This document shows positions 1 to 10,200 of a DNA stretch of 53,542 nucleotides, one piece after another; the stretch's first letter is position 1; each line of letters starts with the position of its first letter. The DNA comes from a virus. Lineage: Duplodnaviria; Caudoviricetes. Where the stretch lies: the IMG/VR virus record IMGVR_UViG_3300010354_000121, positions 1 to 53,542 of that record, one strand, 5' to 3'. The position numbers and the translations under genes were made by a program. Below the pieces are notes generated by a model that had not been told where the DNA came from, did no database searches, and was given only the letters and a program-made list of their open reading frames with translations.

Positions 1-1
1 G

Positions 2-2401
2 ATCCCTATATCATCTAAAATTGGGGCTATACAGAAAGTCAAGAAATTAGATATTGGTTTTGATTATAATATTGATTATACCATAAGACCAAAAATAAAT
101 GCTCTTAAAATTGCAAAAGTGGAAGTATTTTATCAATTAGATTATATTGATGTTATTTCTAGAGGAGTAAATTATACATTTAGTCCAAACATAATATTAA
201 TTGATTCAAACACCAGAGAAAAATATGATGTAGATTTAATTTATCAATCAGAAGAGAATAAAGTTGTTATTTTTAAAAATACTACGAAAATTAAAAATAA
301 TGATTTAGAAGTTATTGCTACAAATAATGATAATGGATTTGAGATTAATACCTTAACATATAATCCAACCACAAGAAGAGTAACAGTTGAGTTAGCAACT
401 CCTTTCAATAATATTTCTGAATATCCTTTTAGTGTTGGAGAATCTGTTTACATTGAAAATACCATAGTTGGGGTTTCTTCAAGGGGATATAATTCTAGTG
501 CATATGGATATAATTCTTTTGAGATACTTGAATCAACTCCAAATATTGGTGGAATTGGGGCAACATTTACCTATAGCCTAGAAGATTATCTCGATGTTGG
601 TGAAGACCCAGGAGCATTAGATAATTTTTATACTTCAGGTTTTGCAATAGCCAAAAAATATTTACCAGAATTTTCTATTAAAATTGAGCCGAATCAATTC
701 TCGGTAGGAGAGGATTTTGAGTCAAATAGCGGAACCTTTGGTAAAATAGTTTCATGGACTCCAGAAAATAATACTGTTAGATTATCGACCACAGGGAAGA
801 TTAACAACAATGATATTATTTTTGGTAAAAATAGTGGAGCCTATTTAAAGGTAATCGATGTTTACTCTACAAATGGTTATATTGATATTTCCTCGAATTC
901 AGTTGTTGAAAGGGGTTGGAGAGATAAAACAGGTTTCTTAAATGATTCACTTCAAAGGATTCATGATAATAATTATTATCAATATTTTTCTTATGATTTA
1001 AAATCTGAAATTGATTATTCTAATTGGTCTGATCTAGTTGATTCTTTGAATCACACTGCCGGATTTAAGAAATTCGGAACTTTATTAGTCAATACAACCA
1101 ATGAAAATGTAGGCATTGGTACCGATCAAAATCTAGGTGATGTTGAAATAATAAATGATTTATATTCAGTCTTAGACGTTAATTGTGTAAGCGATTTTGA
1201 TCTTGTTACTGAAAATTATTTCTCAATTGATAGTGAATTAAGATCTAATGAAATCTATTTTAATTCCAGAAGACTACAGGATTACATTGAATCTATTGGC
1301 AATAAAGTATTGATTATAGATGATATCGCTAATAGATTTACTCCAGTTGCTCCAATAGAAAACTCTATAATTGATAAATTTAAACTTAACGCAATAAGAT
1401 TTAAAAAATATGTTATTCAGGTAACTGATAAGTTAGAACCAGAAAATACTCATTCTCAAATAATTAATTTGCTTCACGATAATAATGAAGTCTCGATTAA
1501 TCAATTTTCAGTGATAGAAACTATTGATGAGTTGGGTTATTTTGATGCGGAAAGGAAAAATTTTGATATAAATTTATTATTTTATCCATTTGAGACATCA
1601 AATAAAATATATTCAGTCAACAGTTTTTCCTTTAATATTAGTGATAGTGATGATAATATTGGAAATACTCAACTTGGTAATACTATAGATATAAACTCTA
1701 GTTTTGTAACTGGAATAGGGACCACAACTATTTGTTCAATTTCAACCGATAAATCGGCCGCAAAAGTAATACTTGTATTTTCCGATAAACAAAATGGTAA
1801 TTTTTATTCAGATGAAATAAATTACATTCATAATGGAAGTTCTATTGTTTATAATTCTTATGGTGAATTGAACATGGGAAATACCGTTGGCATAGGAACA
1901 TATAATTTATATTATTCGGATGGAAACATAAATATTGATTTAACCCCATTTGAACAAAATGACTTTGTAGTAAATTCAATTGCAGTAGAATTTGATAAAA
2001 CTGCAACCACGGTTGATTCCCTATTTTTAAGTGGTAATTTATTGGAATCCTCTTATGTTGGGATAGCAACAACAGGAACCCCCTCAAAATCACTAATTTA
2101 TTCCCATAATATTGACTATACTTCTGGTCTTCATCATTTAGTAATAACTGATACTGATAATAATATAATCAATTCAGTAGAAATTTTAGGTATATTAAAT
2201 ATTACAAACCAGGATGTTTATTCTGTAAAATTTGGTAATTTGAGTACAGGAAGTGAATTAGGTGAAATTGATGTTGAATACTCAAATGTTGACGGTAGTT
2301 TTGAGATTTATTTTACTCCAAATAACGATATTAATTATGAGGTAAAAATTTTTAGTACATTAATTTCAAAATTCAGGAGATCTGAAACAGTAGAGTTATG
2401 A
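2..2401 (+). CDS. C-terminal part of a large baseplate wedge (gp7-like) structural protein, 5'-truncated by the window
   Basis: Frame is open from base 2 (IPISSKIGAIQK...), so the GTG at 119 is internal. Contains GFLNDSLQRIHDNNYYQYFSY and LNHTAGFKKFG, typical of cyanomyovirus baseplate wedge proteins; lies upstream of gp8. Confidence 0.7.
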   Translation: MPISSKIGAIQKVKKLDIGFDYNIDYTIRPKINALKIAKVEVFYQLDYIDVISRGVNYTFSPNIILIDSNTREKYDVDLIYQSEENKVVIFKNTTKIKNNDLEVIATNNDNGFEINTLTYNPTTRRVTVELATPFNNISEYPFSVGESVYIENTIVGVSSRGYNSSAYGYNSFEILESTPNIGGIGATFTYSLEDYLDVGEDPGALDNFYTSGFAIAKKYLPEFSIKIEPNQFSVGEDFESNSGTFGKIVSWTPENNTVRLSTTGKINNNDIIFGKNSGAYLKVIDVYSTNGYIDISSNSVVERGWRDKTGFLNDSLQRIHDNNYYQYFSYDLKSEIDYSNWSDLVDSLNHTAGFKKFGTLLVNTTNENVGIGTDQNLGDVEIINDLYSVLDVNCVSDFDLVTENYFSIDSELRSNEIYFNSRRLQDYIESIGNKVLIIDDIANRFTPVAPIENSIIDKFKLNAIRFKKYVIQVTDKLEPENTHSQIINLLHDNNEVSINQFSVIETIDELGYFDAERKNFDINLLFYPFETSNKIYSVNSFSFNISDSDDNIGNTQLGNTIDINSSFVTGIGTTTICSISTDKSAAKVILVFSDKQNGNFYSDEINYIHNGSSIVYNSYGELNMGNTVGIGTYNLYYSDGNINIDLTPFEQNDFVVNSIAVEFDKTATTVDSLFLSGNLLESSYVGIATTGTPSKSLIYSHNIDYTSGLHHLVITDTDNNIINSVEILGILNITNQDVYSVKFGNLSTGSELGEIDVEYSNVDGSFEIYFTPNNDINYEVKIFSTLISKFRRSETVEL

Positions 2402-5400
2402 GCAATATTTCTTTTTCAAGCGGATACGGAGAATATACAAGTGGTGAATTTTTTAAATCCGCCGCATTTGAAATAACCTCTAATGGATTTTTTATTTTTT
2501 CTAGGGAATTTCTATCAAATTCACCTAAATTTGTTAATTTAAGTGAAAATTCTTTTGATTTCACTCAACATAGTTTTGTTACTGGTGAGGAATTAGTTTA
2601 TGACTATCCTAAAAATAATATAACAATTCCTATTGGCATTGTAACCACTACAATTTCAGGGGTTTCTACTGATATCCTACCTAAAACTCTTTATGCTGTT
2701 AAACAGGATTTTTCTACACTTAAAGTTGCAGCAACAAAAGCAAATGCTTTATTGCCAGAACCAATAACATTAAATTTAAGGAGTTATGGTAAAGGAACAC
2801 ATAAAATATATTCTAAAAATCCAAATTTAAATTCTTTAATTACAATAAACAATATTATTCAAGAACCAATAGTTTCCACTTCCGTAACTACCTCCACAAC
2901 CCAATCTATTATAACAAGTGATCTTTCTGTTACTGTTGAAAATCCTGATGTATTAACAGGTGGTGATTTTATTCAGGTTAATAATGAGATAATGCGGGTT
3001 TTATCTGTTGGAATTGGGTCTACTAATAATATTTTTATCGAAAGATCCTTGCTTGGAACAGATCCTGGCATCCACGGTCAAAATTCCCTAATCACCAAAG
3101 TTAGAGGAAATTACAATATCATAGAAAATTTTATTCATTTTGTTGTTTCTCCTTATGGTAATAGTTTTGATCCAGAAAGCGGATTGACCAATTCTTCCAC
3201 ATTTAGTGGAAGGGTATTTCTAAGATCCGGAAAAGAAAGTACAACTATTGGCCCCTATGATAATAACTTTATTTTTGATTATATTTCAGAATCTTTTACC
3301 GGCAAAGATTCGACATTCACCTTAAAAAATAAGTCAAATAATGTAGTAGGTATTTCTACTGATAATGCAATTGTAACCATAAATGATGTCTTTCAGCCGC
3401 CATCAAGACTTTCTGGTAATGTTATAAATGGTGCATACACATTATCCGAAAATGTTGGAATTACTTCTATAATTTTTAATGGCAATCCATCTTTTCCTGA
3501 TTATGATGTTAATATTTCAGAATACCCAAGAGGAGGAATTATTCTTTCTGTTGGATCCACCGAAGGTTTTGGTTATCAGCCATTGATTTCTGCCGGCGGA
3601 ACCGCAATTGTATCGACTGCCGGAACTATTCAATCAATATCCATTGGCTATAGTGGATCTGGTTATAGATCAGGAATTCAGACTGTTAATGTTGGTGTCG
3701 GTTATAGCGATGTTGTTGGCTTTGACCTAGAAAAAATTGGTACAGCATCAATATCAAATGGTATTATTGTTGGAGTTAGCATAACAAATCCTGGTTCTGG
3801 ATATACAAATACAAATCCACCAAATGTTTATTTTGATGCACCTCTCTCTTATGACAATCTTCCTCTAATTTATTCTAGTGGTTCGTCTGGATTAGGAACA
3901 GGGGCAAAAATTAGCGTTATCGTGGGGCAAGGTTCTAGTGTAATAAATTTTGAACTTACAAATCTAGGTTTTGGTTATGAAAAAGGAGAAATTTTAACTA
4001 TACCCATTGGAGGGACTACTGGAATCCCCACAACTTCTAATTTTAAACAATTTGAAGTTAAAATAGATTCAATTTTCAACGATGATTCTAGTGTCAGGAC
4101 AATAGGTCAACTTATTATTATAGATCCAATTGATTCATTGTTTGACGGGAAAAGGAAATCGTTTCCACTAAGAATAAATGGAGAACAAACGGCAATTTTA
4201 AGCCGAATTGGCTCTGATCTTAATGTAGAAAATAATCTACTAATTTTTATTGATACGGTTCTCCAAGTTCCAACTGAAGCGTATAGTTTTAGGGGCGGAA
4301 GCATTATAACATTTAAAGAGGCTCCTATTAAAGGATCAAAATCAACTATTTTATTCTATGCTGGGACAGAAGGTGTTGATACGAAATTAGTCAATGTTTT
4401 GAAGACGGTTAAAATCGGGGATTACCTACAAATTTTTGATAATACTGATAGGCAAGATGATCAAAACCCAAGATCAGTATCAGATATTTTATCCGTAGAT
4501 ATTGTTAAAACAAATCTATATGATAAACAAGGTATTTCGGATCAAGATGAAATAAGACCTGTAAAATGGTGTCCTCAAAATGTTGATAGATTTGTTATAG
4601 GTTCTGGGTCAACAATTAGTACAATAGTAACAAAAGATCGTGAAATTTATGAATCATTCATTAGGCCATTCGCTTTTGTTATTTCTGGCATTGGAAGTAC
4701 ATCTAGTGAAATATTTGTAGACAATGTAAAAACATTTTTTGATAATGCAAATGAATCTCTTGTCGTTAATAGTATCAATATAATCTCGCAGATACCTCAA
4801 TCACCGGCAAAATTAACTGCAAATGTATCATTGGCCGGAACAATACAATCCATTCAAATTGAGTCTGTTGGTCAAGGATATTTTGAGCCCCCTAAAATCA
4901 GAGTATCAAATCCGGTTGGTCTAGGAACAACTGCAATATTGACATGTTCACTCAATTCTTCTGGTGGAATTTCAACGGTAAATATTATTAATGCCGGGTC
5001 TGGTTACACTGGACCACAACCTTTGGTGATTGTTGAGGAGCCAACACAAATTATAGAATCTGCTTCTGATGTTTCTTATGAAGGTGATTTTGGAATTATT
5101 GTTGGAGTCGGAACAACAACTGTTGGAGCATATTTTGATCTCTTTATTGAAGAAGATTCTTATCTAAGGGACTCTTCAATTAATTCAGTCGGAGCCGCAA
5201 TAACTGGCCCAAGTGGAATCTCAAATAATTATTATTTTTATGTTTCAAATAGTAACGTTGGAAATGGCCTGACTTCCTTGAATATTTCAGATCAACCTAT
5301 TGGCATTGGCACAACATTTATTGACAATGTTTATCAAGTAAATTCATGGAGTATTGTCCAACGAAATATAGTCGGGGTCGGGACGACTTTTGTGAAGAGA

Positions 5401-5598
5401 GTTAATGTTAAAGTAGGAAATAATTCTTCTCTTGTAGGTATTTCGGCTACTGCATATTATGGGGATTATAGTTGGGGTAGAGTTTATAACGTATCAAAAT
5501 CAGGCATTTCTACATTCCAGGCATATGCACCTGGAATTACCACCTCTACTATAATACAAAGAAGTGTTCCTTTAAAATTTGTAAATTATCTCAACTAA
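2398..5598 (+). CDS. Baseplate wedge structural protein (continuation of gp7-like protein) with GSGY beta-repeats
   Basis: ATGA overlap with the previous ORF; repeated ITNPGSGY-type units; C-terminal YYGDYSWG; directly upstream of gp8. Confidence 0.65.
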   Translation: MSNISFSSGYGEYTSGEFFKSAAFEITSNGFFIFSREFLSNSPKFVNLSENSFDFTQHSFVTGEELVYDYPKNNITIPIGIVTTTISGVSTDILPKTLYAVKQDFSTLKVAATKANALLPEPITLNLRSYGKGTHKIYSKNPNLNSLITINNIIQEPIVSTSVTTSTTQSIITSDLSVTVENPDVLTGGDFIQVNNEIMRVLSVGIGSTNNIFIERSLLGTDPGIHGQNSLITKVRGNYNIIENFIHFVVSPYGNSFDPESGLTNSSTFSGRVFLRSGKESTTIGPYDNNFIFDYISESFTGKDSTFTLKNKSNNVVGISTDNAIVTINDVFQPPSRLSGNVINGAYTLSENVGITSIIFNGNPSFPDYDVNISEYPRGGIILSVGSTEGFGYQPLISAGGTAIVSTAGTIQSISIGYSGSGYRSGIQTVNVGVGYSDVVGFDLEKIGTASISNGIIVGVSITNPGSGYTNTNPPNVYFDAPLSYDNLPLIYSSGSSGLGTGAKISVIVGQGSSVINFELTNLGFGYEKGEILTIPIGGTTGIPTTSNFKQFEVKIDSIFNDDSSVRTIGQLIIIDPIDSLFDGKRKSFPLRINGEQTAILSRIGSDLNVENNLLIFIDTVLQVPTEAYSFRGGSIITFKEAPIKGSKSTILFYAGTEGVDTKLVNVLKTVKIGDYLQIFDNTDRQDDQNPRSVSDILSVDIVKTNLYDKQGISDQDEIRPVKWCPQNVDRFVIGSGSTISTIVTKDREIYESFIRPFAFVISGIGSTSSEIFVDNVKTFFDNANESLVVNSINIISQIPQSPAKLTANVSLAGTIQSIQIESVGQGYFEPPKIRVSNPVGLGTTAILTCSLNSSGGISTVNIINAGSGYTGPQPLVIVEEPTQIIESASDVSYEGDFGIIVGVGTTTVGAYFDLFIEEDSYLRDSSINSVGAAITGPSGISNNYYFYVSNSNVGNGLTSLNISDQPIGIGTTFIDNVYQVNSWSIVQRNIVGVGTTFVKRVNVKVGNNSSLVGISATAYYGDYSWGRVYNVSKSGISTFQAYAPGITTSTIIQRSVPLKFVNYLN

Positions 5599-5601
5599 AT
5601 A
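5595..5601 (+). promoter_or_regulatory. T4-type late promoter (CTAAATA)
   Basis: CTAAATA overlapping the upstream stop codon, 16 nt before the gp8 ATG; the motif recurs before most late genes. Confidence 0.6.
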
Positions 5602-5617
5602 CTATTAAAAAATACAA

Positions 5618-7198
5618 ATGGCAGCAATCATAACTGATAATTTAAGAATCTCAAGGGCCAAGCAGTTTGTTTCTGCCGCCTCTTCTTCAAATTATTATAG
5701 TTTCATTGGATTACCCAACCCAAATGAGTATTCTTCAAATTGGAATGTTTCTCCAATAGCCCCAAAAGATAGCTTTGAGGAAGAATCGTCTTATTGGGAC
5801 AGTATGATTGCTCTTAAAAAAATTCATACTAGTGATATAAGACAGTCCATAAGAAAAATAAAATGGGAAAGTGGCATAACTTATGATATGTACCGCCATG
5901 ATATTACCCGAGATAATATTTCTAGACCATCAAGAGCAACAAGTTTATATTCATCTAATTATTACGTCGTCAATAGTAATTACCAAGTTTATATTTGTCT
6001 GTATAATGGGGTTTCACCTGAAAATCAAGAGGGAAGACCATCTCAGTTTGAGCCAACTTTTACCGACTTAGAACCAAGAACTGCCGGAAATGGTTCTGAT
6101 GGGTATATTTGGAAGTATCTTTTTACCCTAAATGCTTCTGAAATTATCAAGTTTGACAGTACTAATTTTATTCCGGTTCCACTAAACTGGGGTCAGGATC
6201 AACAAACATCTCTAATAAAAAATAATGCCCAAAACAATGGTCAGATAAAAATTTGTACCATAAAAAACCGAGGAAATTATGAAAATGTTTCTAGTGTAAG
6301 AAACAGAACATTCAGAAATATTCCCATTAAAGGTGATGGAACCGGGGCCACTGTATCGATTTCGTTTAATAGTAACTTTCAAGTAGAGAGTATTTTCGTC
6401 ACTAATGGAGGAAGTGATTATACTTATGGTCGGGTTGATTTGATGGCTGCTGGAATTCCAGCAGCCCAGGTAGAACCCGTATTTGATGTAATTATTCCAC
6501 CTAAAGGGGGCCATGGTTTTGATATTTACAATGAATTAGGTGCATTTTATGTTTCGGCTTATGCTAGAATAGAAAATGATCTAGAAAATCCAGATTTTAT
6601 AACTGGCAATGAAATTGCAAGAATTGGTATTGTTGAAAATCCTGAGAAGTTTAATTCAACAGATCCTTTAACCGTAGACAAGGCAAGTGCCCTTTCTGCC
6701 CTAAAATTAGTCGGGATAACGAATCAAAATGATTACAATTCGGCTACTTTCCAGCCAGATTCCTTTATAACCCAGACAGTAGGTACTGGAGTAACTGCTG
6801 TTGGAAGAGTAATTTCTTATGATAAGAATACTGGAGTATTAAAATATTGGCAAGATAAAACTTTGGTTGGATTTGCCACAACTGGTGGTCAAAACTCTCC
6901 TGCTTATGGGCTCAATCTTGAGAAATTCACCTCATCACCAGAAACAGGTGGAAGTCTTACTATTTCTGGTGGAAGTATTAATTTAAATATTGATGTTTCT
7001 TTTGGTTCTACAGAATCACCCGGTATAACTACAGTAATAAATAATAGGACGTATAAGTTAGGTCAATCTTTTATTAATGGAGTTTCTAATCCGGAAGTAA
7101 AGAAATATTCTGGAAACATCATTTATGTTGATAATAGACCGGCTATTACAAGATCAAAAAATCAAAAAGAAGACATTAAGGTAATTCTACAGTTCTAA
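5618..7198 (+). CDS. gp8: Baseplate wedge subunit gp8
   Basis: MAAIITDNLRI start; WESGITYDMYRHD, YQVYICLYNG, DGYIWKYLF motifs; C-terminal NQKEDIKVILQF. Confidence 0.85.
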   Translation: MAAIITDNLRISRAKQFVSAASSSNYYSFIGLPNPNEYSSNWNVSPIAPKDSFEEESSYWDSMIALKKIHTSDIRQSIRKIKWESGITYDMYRHDITRDNISRPSRATSLYSSNYYVVNSNYQVYICLYNGVSPENQEGRPSQFEPTFTDLEPRTAGNGSDGYIWKYLFTLNASEIIKFDSTNFIPVPLNWGQDQQTSLIKNNAQNNGQIKICTIKNRGNYENVSSVRNRTFRNIPIKGDGTGATVSISFNSNFQVESIFVTNGGSDYTYGRVDLMAAGIPAAQVEPVFDVIIPPKGGHGFDIYNELGAFYVSAYARIENDLENPDFITGNEIARIGIVENPEKFNSTDPLTVDKASALSALKLVGITNQNDYNSATFQPDSFITQTVGTGVTAVGRVISYDKNTGVLKYWQDKTLVGFATTGGQNSPAYGLNLEKFTSSPETGGSLTISGGSINLNIDVSFGSTESPGITTVINNRTYKLGQSFINGVSNPEVKKYSGNIIYVDNRPAITRSKNQKEDIKVILQF

Positions 7199-7203
7199 TT
7201 ATT

Positions 7204-10200
7204 ATGCCACAAGAAACTAATTTAAATGTATTTCCATATTTTGATGATTTTAATAGTGACAAGAATTACTATAAGGTCTTATTTAAACCAGAATACCCGG
7301 TTCAGGCAAGAGAATTAAATAATCTCCAGTCTATTTTACAAAATCAGGTTGAGCAGTTTGGTAACCATATTTTTAAAGAAGGTTCTGTTGTAATCCCAGG
7401 ACAACTTTCTATTGACAATCCCTTTTATGCTGTAGAGATAGAGCCAGAATTTAATAATATTCCAATCTCAGCATATTTTAATCAAATTTTAGGGAAAACC
7501 ATACGTGGTTTAATTAGTGGAGTCAGTGCTACGGTTGTTTATGTTTTAGATAAACAATTCTCAGAGAGAAATAATTATACTCTATATGTACAATACCTAG
7601 AAAGTGGAGGTCAAGACTTCTCTAATAAAGTATTTTTTGATGGAGAAACAATAATAACAGAATCAGTAATTACATACTCTGGAATTACCATTCAGGCTGG
7701 ACAAAGTATTTGCAATACAATTGCTGAAAATTCAACCTCAAGTGGTTCTTCTGTAAATATTGCTCCGGGAATTTATTTTGTTCGTGGAACATTTGCAAAA
7801 GTAAACCAACAAAGAATTCTTTTAGATCAGTACGGGACCTCACCGAATTATAAGGTAGGTTTTAATGTAATTGAAAGAATTGTCTCATCTGTAGAGGACG
7901 AAACCTTATTTGATAATTCTCAGGGGTTTTCAAATTATGCTGCCCCTGGTGCCGATAGATTTCAAATTGAACTAGAACTAAAAAAATATGGTCTAAACGA
8001 ATCTCCAGATAACTTTATAGAAATATTAAGAATTATTAATGGAACTACACAGTTTCTCCAAAAAGATCCTCAATATAGTCTAATACGTGATGAACTAGCC
8101 CGAAGAACTGCCGAAACAAATGGAGATTATTATGTAAAACCATTTACTCTTTTTGTTCGTGATTGTCTGAATGATAGGGTTTTAAACAATGGTATATATT
8201 TTGAGGACCAAAAAACCGTAAATGGTAATACACCAAATGAAGAGACTATGGTGTATGAAATTGGTCCAGGTAAGGCATATGTTAATGGATATGATGTCGA
8301 AATAATTTCTCCTAAACTACTAGAAGTTCCAAAAACAAGATCTACTAAAACAATAGAAGATCAATTAATTCCATATAATGCTGGTAAACTAATTCAACTT
8401 AATAATGTTACTGGAGTTCCATATATTGGCCTAGGGACTGATGCGACAGTCAGTTTAATGGATTCTAGAATTGGGATCAATTCTACCGTTGCTGCTGGAA
8501 CGACTATTGGTGTTGCTAGAGTTTATGATTATGTTCCAGAATCTGCTTATGTTAATGATACTAGCATCTTAGATTTAAGATTATTTGATATTCAAACTTT
8601 CTCTAAAATAACTCTTACTACTGAAATTACTCAAGCAACCCCAGCCCATATTAAAGGTGAGAGGAGCAATGCTTCTGGCTACTTATACCAATCAGTTTCT
8701 AATAGCAAAGATCTTGTTCTTTATCAAGTATCTGGTGAATTTTCCCAAAATGAACCAATCTCAATCAATGGAATTTCAAATGGTAGGCTTATTTCCAATG
8801 TAACGGATTATTCCGCGTCTGATGTAAAATCAATTTATTCTTCAACATTTAATGCTGACGTAGTTTTAAATAATAAAATTCTAATCGCTCCAGTAGGCAG
8901 CCAATTTAATATTACTAAAGGATCAGGTGGAATCAGCACAGTAACTTCTAATTTAGACAATAATTTTGTAGGGAAAATACAACCAAATGATATTATATCT
9001 TATTCTAATCCAGATGCTCAAAGCATAATTTATAATAAGGTAGGCGCCGTCGCAGCTGATGGCACTAGTTTTACTCTTACTGGAATAACAACCGTAAGCG
9101 GAATTTGCGATGGTAGATTACCTAATTCTAATTTAACTGTAACAAATTTAGTAAAAGTCTCAGGAAATATTTTCTCAAGGGATTCATCATTACTTACTAA
9201 ATTGAATCGATCAAATGTGTCATCTATAAGTTTAGATAACGCTGAAATAAAACAAAGAAGAATTTTTACAAACCAAACAATTACTGCTAGTTCTATTTCA
9301 TTATCTATAACAGATGATGATGTATTTTTTGATACTTTTGATGAAGACAAGTATCTAATTGTTTATTCTAATGGTATTATTGAGCCATTAAGAAGAGATA
9401 AATTTCAATTTGTTGGTAACACTGGTAAACAAATTAAATTTAATGGTCTTTCACAACCAAATGGAATAACCGCGACTGTTATAGCTACTGTAAAAAATGT
9501 CAGGCCAAATTCTAAAACTAAAATTTTAAATAAGACAACCAAACTTACCATTGTAAATTCAAAACTTACTGCATCAGGTGTCGGGACAACCACCTTAAAT
9601 GATGGCCTGACTTTTAGTAATGTTTATGGTACTAGAGTACAAGATGAAGAAATCAGTCTAAATGTTCCAGATGTTTTAAGGGTTATTGCAGTTTATGAAT
9701 CATCATCAACCTCCGATCCAAGTCTTCCTGTAATACAATTCTCTTCTTTCAGTGGCCCGACTAATAGTAATCAGGATTTGTTTGTTGGAGAACAAATTAC
9801 AGGTAAAACTTCTGGTGCAGTTGGCCTAATTGTCAATAGAATTGATTCAGATAAAGTTGAATATGTTTATCTTAATAACTCAACTTTTTCTGAAAATGAA
9901 GTAATTAAATCAAAAGAATCTAACATAGAAGCAAGTATTATTAGTGTATCTTTAGGTGATGCTAATGTTACCCAGAACTTCGTTTTTGATGATGGCCAAA
10001 GAGATTCTATTCTAGATTATTCTAGAATTATCCGGAAGAAGAATGTTTCAGAGCCAACTAGAAAACTAACTGTTGTATTTCAAAATTATGTTATAAATTC
10101 AAATGATGATGGAGAATTTGTATCAGTAAATAGCTATAAATCAGAAGACTATAAACACGACATTCCATATTTTAATAAAGAAAGACTTTCTGATTATATT

